20,176 nt of DNA from a bacterium (GTDB taxonomy: Bacteria; RBG-13-61-14; DATKZS01). The stretch is from positions 1 to 20,176 of the forward strand of contig JAWOBU010000283.1 in NCBI GenBank assembly GCA_046484135.1, written 5' to 3'. Under the pieces are notes generated by a model. It did not search any database. It saw only the letters and a program-made list of their open reading frames with translations, and had not been told where the DNA came from. Both the position numbers and the translations under genes were made by a program. This document shows positions 15,833 through 20,176 of the stretch, one piece after another (position 1 is the stretch's first letter; the number at the start of each line of letters is the position of its first letter).

Positions 15833-17946
15833 TCTTTTGGAGAAACAGCTTAAGCCCGGCCGGTGTCCGTGCGAAAGCGCTGAGCATAAGCACGCTCCTT
15901 ATGGGTTTGTTTGTTTTTATGCTTGCCTCTTTTCCTGCCGGCCTTTCGGCCCAGGCCGCTGAAAGAGCAGAGGTAGAAGAGGCGGAAGAAGGGAGCACGG
16001 TGTCGGCGGAGACTTCTGAAGGCTCTTCGCCGGCATCCGAGTCAGTGGTGGTGGAAGGCTCGCGGCAGAGGTACGACTGCCCGGACCGGCAAATGCAGTC
16101 CTGCCCCGCGGTGGACCTGTCCGAGGGGTATTATGAGACGAGCCTTAATATGTCCGAGATTCTGCTGGGGGAGCCGGGCGTCCGAATGGAGAAAGAGGGC
16201 GGCGTGGAAGGCCCCTGGTACCCCCGCTCGCGGGGGAGTGCTCCGGCGTCGGTCCCGGTCTACCTGGACGGCATCCTTATTAACGACCCGTTAGGCCGGC
16301 CGGTGGACATGTCCTCTCTGCCGGTGGGTGTAGTGGACTATGTGCTGGTCTATAAAGGCGGTTGTCCGGCGGAGTATCCTAGGTCCGGTCCCGCGGTGGT
16401 GGACATGCGACTCATGCCTGCCCGCCACAAGGAGCGCTATAACGGCCGGGGCACGTTCGATACCAACAAGTCGGTATCAGGGTCCATGTCCATAACGGGC
16501 GATGTCCGGGGGGGTGCGGCTGTTCTTGCCACCGAACACCAGGCCGGGCCGGGCAGGTACGAGTACACCGATGATAAAGGGACTTATGATACCGATGACG
16601 ACGACACCAGAAGGGAGCGCACGAACAACGAGTTCCGGGACCATCACCTGGCTGCCAAGTACCAGCGGGACACAGGAGACATGCGGGTCTCCGCCGGAGC
16701 GTATCATCACCACCGGTTCCGGCGACTTCCGGGTCAGGCCCACCAGCATCCCGAGCACGCCTATCAAAACCAGGAGATGTCCATTGTCTACGCGGGGGCG
16801 GAGCAGCCGGGGTTTATCTCCCCGGACCTGGACGCCGAGGTTAAGGCCCATTACCTGTCCGAGAGCACTGTATTGAACGACGAGTCGGGCGAGCTGGGCG
16901 CTCCTTCGTACCGGGAGGACAGAAGGAGCAGGATCGGCGCCGAGCTTTTCTTTCACTACTACGGCGTCCCGCAAAATATCTTGACCTTTTACGGTGGCGC
17001 TTTCCAGGACAACTACCAGCCGTCTTCCAGGCTGGACCCGGATGTGGACGACATGAACGCCTCCCGCTTGTCAGCGCACGTAAACCTGGCGGACGAGGTC
17101 TACCTTCTGGATCGAAGGCTCATGTTAAAGCCGCGGCTTCGGTATCTCTATGAAGGCAACCGCTACGATGGCACTCCCTTGTCGGTACAGCAGGGAGAGG
17201 ACGTGGAGACCACCAGGCACTCCGCGTGGACCGGCGACCTTTCGGCGAGCTACATGGTTTACGAGGGACTGTGGTTTCTGGCTTACGCCGGGCAGCACTT
17301 TCGGACGCCCGGGTTTTTAGAGGAGTTCGGGGACCGCTCGGAGCTGGTGGGAAACTCGAAGCTCGATCCGCAACGGACCGTCATCATGCAGGCGGGAGCG
17401 TTATACAGCCCCGGCTCTTTTTCCATAGTGGACGATCTCTGGGCCAGGGTCATGGTGTTCCAAAACCGGGTCTACGACCGGATCGGGTGGGAAGACACCG
17501 GCGCCGGAAACCTCCGGGCGGAGAATGTGGGAGACAGCCGCATAACCGGCCTGGAAATCTCGGCCCGCTTGAACCTGGAGGACATTCTTCTCGTGAACAT
17601 GGCCTACTCCTTCCAGGAGCCGGTGAACCTCTCCGATAATGACCGATACCACGAAAAACAACTGGCGGGTGTTCCCCGAAACATATTCTACCTGGGCACG
17701 GTGGTCCGGCAGGACTACGGCCAGATATTCTACGACTTCTACTACCAGGACACTCGCTGGCTGGACCCGGCCAATAACATAGCCTCGGGACCGCGGCTGG
17801 TGCACGACCTGGGCGCGGTCTACTATCGCGGCAAGTGGAGCGTCGGTATAAAGGCGTCCAACCTGGGCAACGCCCAGGAACAGGAAGTTCTCGGGTACCC
17901 CCTGCCGGGTACACGCTACATACTTTTTACGGAGGTAAAAACATGA
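15829..17946 (+). CDS. btuB: TonB-dependent outer-membrane receptor, probably for cobalamin (705 aa)
   Basis: Signal peptide ending AQA, TonB-box-like ESVVVEG, plug motifs RSRGS..VPVYLDGILIND..VDMSSLP..VYKG, barrel motifs FRTPGFLEEFG, GNSKLDP, ENVGDSRITGLE, GYPLPG; start overlaps the btuD stop (ATGA). Substrate inferred from riboswitch. Confidence 0.85.
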   Translation: MIFWRNSLSPAGVRAKALSISTLLMGLFVFMLASFPAGLSAQAAERAEVEEAEEGSTVSAETSEGSSPASESVVVEGSRQRYDCPDRQMQSCPAVDLSEGYYETSLNMSEILLGEPGVRMEKEGGVEGPWYPRSRGSAPASVPVYLDGILINDPLGRPVDMSSLPVGVVDYVLVYKGGCPAEYPRSGPAVVDMRLMPARHKERYNGRGTFDTNKSVSGSMSITGDVRGGAAVLATEHQAGPGRYEYTDDKGTYDTDDDDTRRERTNNEFRDHHLAAKYQRDTGDMRVSAGAYHHHRFRRLPGQAHQHPEHAYQNQEMSIVYAGAEQPGFISPDLDAEVKAHYLSESTVLNDESGELGAPSYREDRRSRIGAELFFHYYGVPQNILTFYGGAFQDNYQPSSRLDPDVDDMNASRLSAHVNLADEVYLLDRRLMLKPRLRYLYEGNRYDGTPLSVQQGEDVETTRHSAWTGDLSASYMVYEGLWFLAYAGQHFRTPGFLEEFGDRSELVGNSKLDPQRTVIMQAGALYSPGSFSIVDDLWARVMVFQNRVYDRIGWEDTGAGNLRAENVGDSRITGLEISARLNLEDILLVNMAYSFQEPVNLSDNDRYHEKQLAGVPRNIFYLGTVVRQDYGQIFYDFYYQDTRWLDPANNIASGPRLVHDLGAVYYRGKWSVGIKASNLGNAQEQEVLGYPLPGTRYILFTEVKT

Positions 17947-19136
17947 GAAAGGGAGAAGCAAAGAAAAGTGGTTTGATGAAGGCGTTCGGACTGATACTGG
18001 CCGTGCTCTTGGCAGCCGGACTGGGAGGATGCGGCTCTGATTATGACGATGATTCCGACATAAGCCCGCTTTCTTACCTGGCCCTGGCCAATACCGACTA
18101 CGACGCAGGACAGGCAGCCAAAATAAAGGTGGACGAGAACGGGTCCTTCCCGGCAGTGCAGAACTCGACCACATTGGACGCGGACCCCGGAGGAATGCAC
18201 ATAACCAACAAGACCGGCCAGGAGACCGTGTTCCTCGCGGGAAGACAGACCTCTACCATCTATAAGCTGGACCCGGACCAGGGCATGAACGTCAGGGACT
18301 CATACACCATAGGGCCGGGAACCTGGGCAACCAACCCCCAGGACATCCTGGTGGTCTCGAAAAGCAAAGCCTATGTAACCCGCTATGCAAACGCTTACGA
18401 TGATCTACTTATCATAGACCCGCGCGACGGAAGCACCAAGGGCACCATAGACTTCACCGGAATACCGACCAACGGCGACACCCTGGCCCGGCCCGCGGAC
18501 ATGGTGGAGGCCGGCAATACCGTGTTCGTGGCCATCCAGAACCTTGATACTTTTGGGGACAGTTGCGACGACACGGTCCAGCCGGGATTCATAGCAGTCA
18601 TTAATCCTGCCACCGATTCCATCGCGGACACCATCACGTTAAACAAGTCGAACCCCAGCAGGCTCTATTATGACAAAGCGCGGCACGAAATCCTGGTTGC
18701 TTCCGCTGGCTATTATAACTTCTGCCCCGGAGTCCCGCACACCCAGAGCAGCGGCCTGGAGGCGGTATCCGCATCTTTTCCTTATGCCCACTACGTGGTG
18801 GTGAGCGGAGATGATCCGGACATTAACGGCAACATCTATGACGTGGCGCTTGCAGGAGAGGAAAACGCATACGTTCTGGTAGCGTATGGCTTCAATTTTG
18901 AAGACCGGGCCAGGAAGGTTGATCTGGCAGGCGGGTCAGTGGACAGCGGCTTCAGATACCCGGCCACCAACTCGGGGAACGACGCTCTTTCCGGCATCCA
19001 GGTGGCGGAAGGGTTCCTGTTTATCGGCGACAGGACCAACTCCGGCGTCGAGGTCATCAGGACAAGCGACGACAAAGAGGTCGGTTTTCAGGCGCTGGAC
19101 CTGTCTCCCATGATCATGAGGGCGAAAGTAAAATGA
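17943..19136 (+). CDS. Beta-propeller (YncE/BtuG-like) lipoprotein (397 aa)
   Basis: ATG 17943 overlaps the btuB stop, GGAGG SD; lipobox LGG-C30 (codon 18030); blade repeats NPQDILVVSKSKAYVTRY, LLIIDP..GTIDF, PADMVEAGNTVFVAIQ, IAVINPATDSIADTITL, NPSRL. Confidence 0.85.
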   Translation: MRKGEAKKSGLMKAFGLILAVLLAAGLGGCGSDYDDDSDISPLSYLALANTDYDAGQAAKIKVDENGSFPAVQNSTTLDADPGGMHITNKTGQETVFLAGRQTSTIYKLDPDQGMNVRDSYTIGPGTWATNPQDILVVSKSKAYVTRYANAYDDLLIIDPRDGSTKGTIDFTGIPTNGDTLARPADMVEAGNTVFVAIQNLDTFGDSCDDTVQPGFIAVINPATDSIADTITLNKSNPSRLYYDKARHEILVASAGYYNFCPGVPHTQSSGLEAVSASFPYAHYVVVSGDDPDINGNIYDVALAGEENAYVLVAYGFNFEDRARKVDLAGGSVDSGFRYPATNSGNDALSGIQVAEGFLFIGDRTNSGVEVIRTSDDKEVGFQALDLSPMIMRAKVK

Positions 19137-19170
19137 ATATTAATCATTGTCGGCAACAGGAGAGCGGAGG

Positions 19171-20176
19171 ATGAGAACTTCTTTGATATCTGTTTTAACG
19201 TTTTTTGTCGCTTCGATAGTTCTGTCGGCGGCCGGCCGGGCGGAGGCTTGGCCGGACTGCCGGCCGGACGAGGTGGCCGAGATCAATCAGAAGGACCCGG
19301 CGACTTACGGGTGCGACAAGCTACCCGGCATTGTGACCGGCTTTCCCGGCCCGTCCAGCGCCACCACCGGCAGTACGGAAGTGGTCTCGCTCGGCACCGG
19401 CGGCTCCATCACTCTTGATTTTACGGACAACGTCATAGTAAACGGACCTGGCCCGGACTTTATTGTTTTCGAGAACGCCTTCTTCTGCACGGTGCCGGAA
19501 TCGGAGTCCGACGACTACAGCGTGTTCGCGGAGCCGGTCAAAGTCGAGGTCTGGGACGACTCGACCTGGAAAACTTTCGATTACGACGAGGACGCGCTTT
19601 CGCAAGTGGGGAGCACCACCGACGACGCGGCATGTACGCCCAAGTCGGTACTGAAGCAGCTCAAAGGACTTGCCGGCATAACGCCGAGCTTTACGGGTGA
19701 AAGGATAGTGCCGGATGACCCGGACTCTTGGGACCCGGACGGCACCGGCGGAGTGAGCGGATGGGGAGGCGACGCCTTTGATCTCGACGATCTCGGCGTA
19801 TCACAGACCGACCGTATCCGTCTTACCGACTCCGGCCAGCTCGTAGGGTTTGAAGGAGAGGCCCAAGGCGCTGACATAGACGCGGTAATTGTTCTCAACA
19901 GCAAGCCGGCGGCGCCCGCAGGAGAGGACTCGGACGGAGACGGGCTTTCGGACGACGATGAAATCTCATTCGGCACTGACCCTTTAAACCCTGACACCGA
20001 CGGCGACGGACAAAACGACGGCCTGGAAGCCGCTTTGTGCCATTGCCCGCTGGTGCACGGCGACACCGCCACCGGTGTTGATCCGGCCTGCATGGACGGC
20101 GACCGGGACGGAGACGGGGTCCTGAACTGCTATGACAACTGCGAGCGGACGAAAAACACCGGCCAGAAAGACACGG
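19171..20176 (+). CDS. Secreted BtuH-like cell-surface protein with thrombospondin type-3 Ca-binding repeats (partial, runs off window)
   Basis: Hand-translated, 335 codons open to the window end: signal peptide MRTSLISVLTFFVASIVLSAAGRAEA; VVSLGTGGSITLDFTDNVIVNGPGPDFIVFENAF, FAEPVKVEV, GLAGITP, GGDAFDL, RIRLTD, GADIDAV; then DSDGDGLSDDDE, GTDPLNPDTDGDG, DRDGDGVLNCYDNC..TKNTGQKDT. AGGAG SD at 19158-62. Confidence 0.85.
   Translation, partial: MRTSLISVLTFFVASIVLSAAGRAEAWPDCRPDEVAEINQKDPATYGCDKLPGIVTGFPGPSSATTGSTEVVSLGTGGSITLDFTDNVIVNGPGPDFIVFENAFFCTVPESESDDYSVFAEPVKVEVWDDSTWKTFDYDEDALSQVGSTTDDAACTPKSVLKQLKGLAGITPSFTGERIVPDDPDSWDPDGTGGVSGWGGDAFDLDDLGVSQTDRIRLTDSGQLVGFEGEAQGADIDAVIVLNSKPAAPAGEDSDGDGLSDDDEISFGTDPLNPDTDGDGQNDGLEAALCHCPLVHGDTATGVDPACMDGDRDGDGVLNCYDNCERTKNTGQKDT

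Noticed and set aside
13061..17946. Iron-siderophore or heme uptake assignment for the ABC transporter and receptor
   Set aside because: The protein families overlap, but the cobalamin riboswitch directly upstream and BtuF-type motifs favour B12; no Fur box evident.

Overview
GC-rich bacterial chromosomal window; gene content and order suggest a Desulfobacterota/Myxococcota-like ('deltaproteobacterial') genome, which is an inference. The left 11 kb is mostly housekeeping: the 3' end of a phosphoribosyltransferase, coaE-ackA (minus), an orphan 6-TM chemoreceptor, rluB (minus), then thpR-recA-pilT paralog-alaS. A nested palindromic element follows alaS, then a minus-strand three-gene unit (two small membrane proteins and a Cys-rich 2x[4Fe-4S] protein). 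The right 7.4 kb is a cobalamin-uptake operon: a near-consensus sigma70 promoter, a cobalamin riboswitch with readable kissing loop, antiterminator and terminator, then btuF-btuC-btuD-btuB. These are followed by a BtuG-like beta-propeller lipoprotein and a secreted BtuH-like protein with thrombospondin type-3 Ca-binding repeats, which runs off the window and is missing from the ORF track. The most interesting item is this Bacteroidota-style surface B12-capture module in an apparently non-Bacteroidota organism. No rRNA, tRNA, CRISPR array or transposase was seen.
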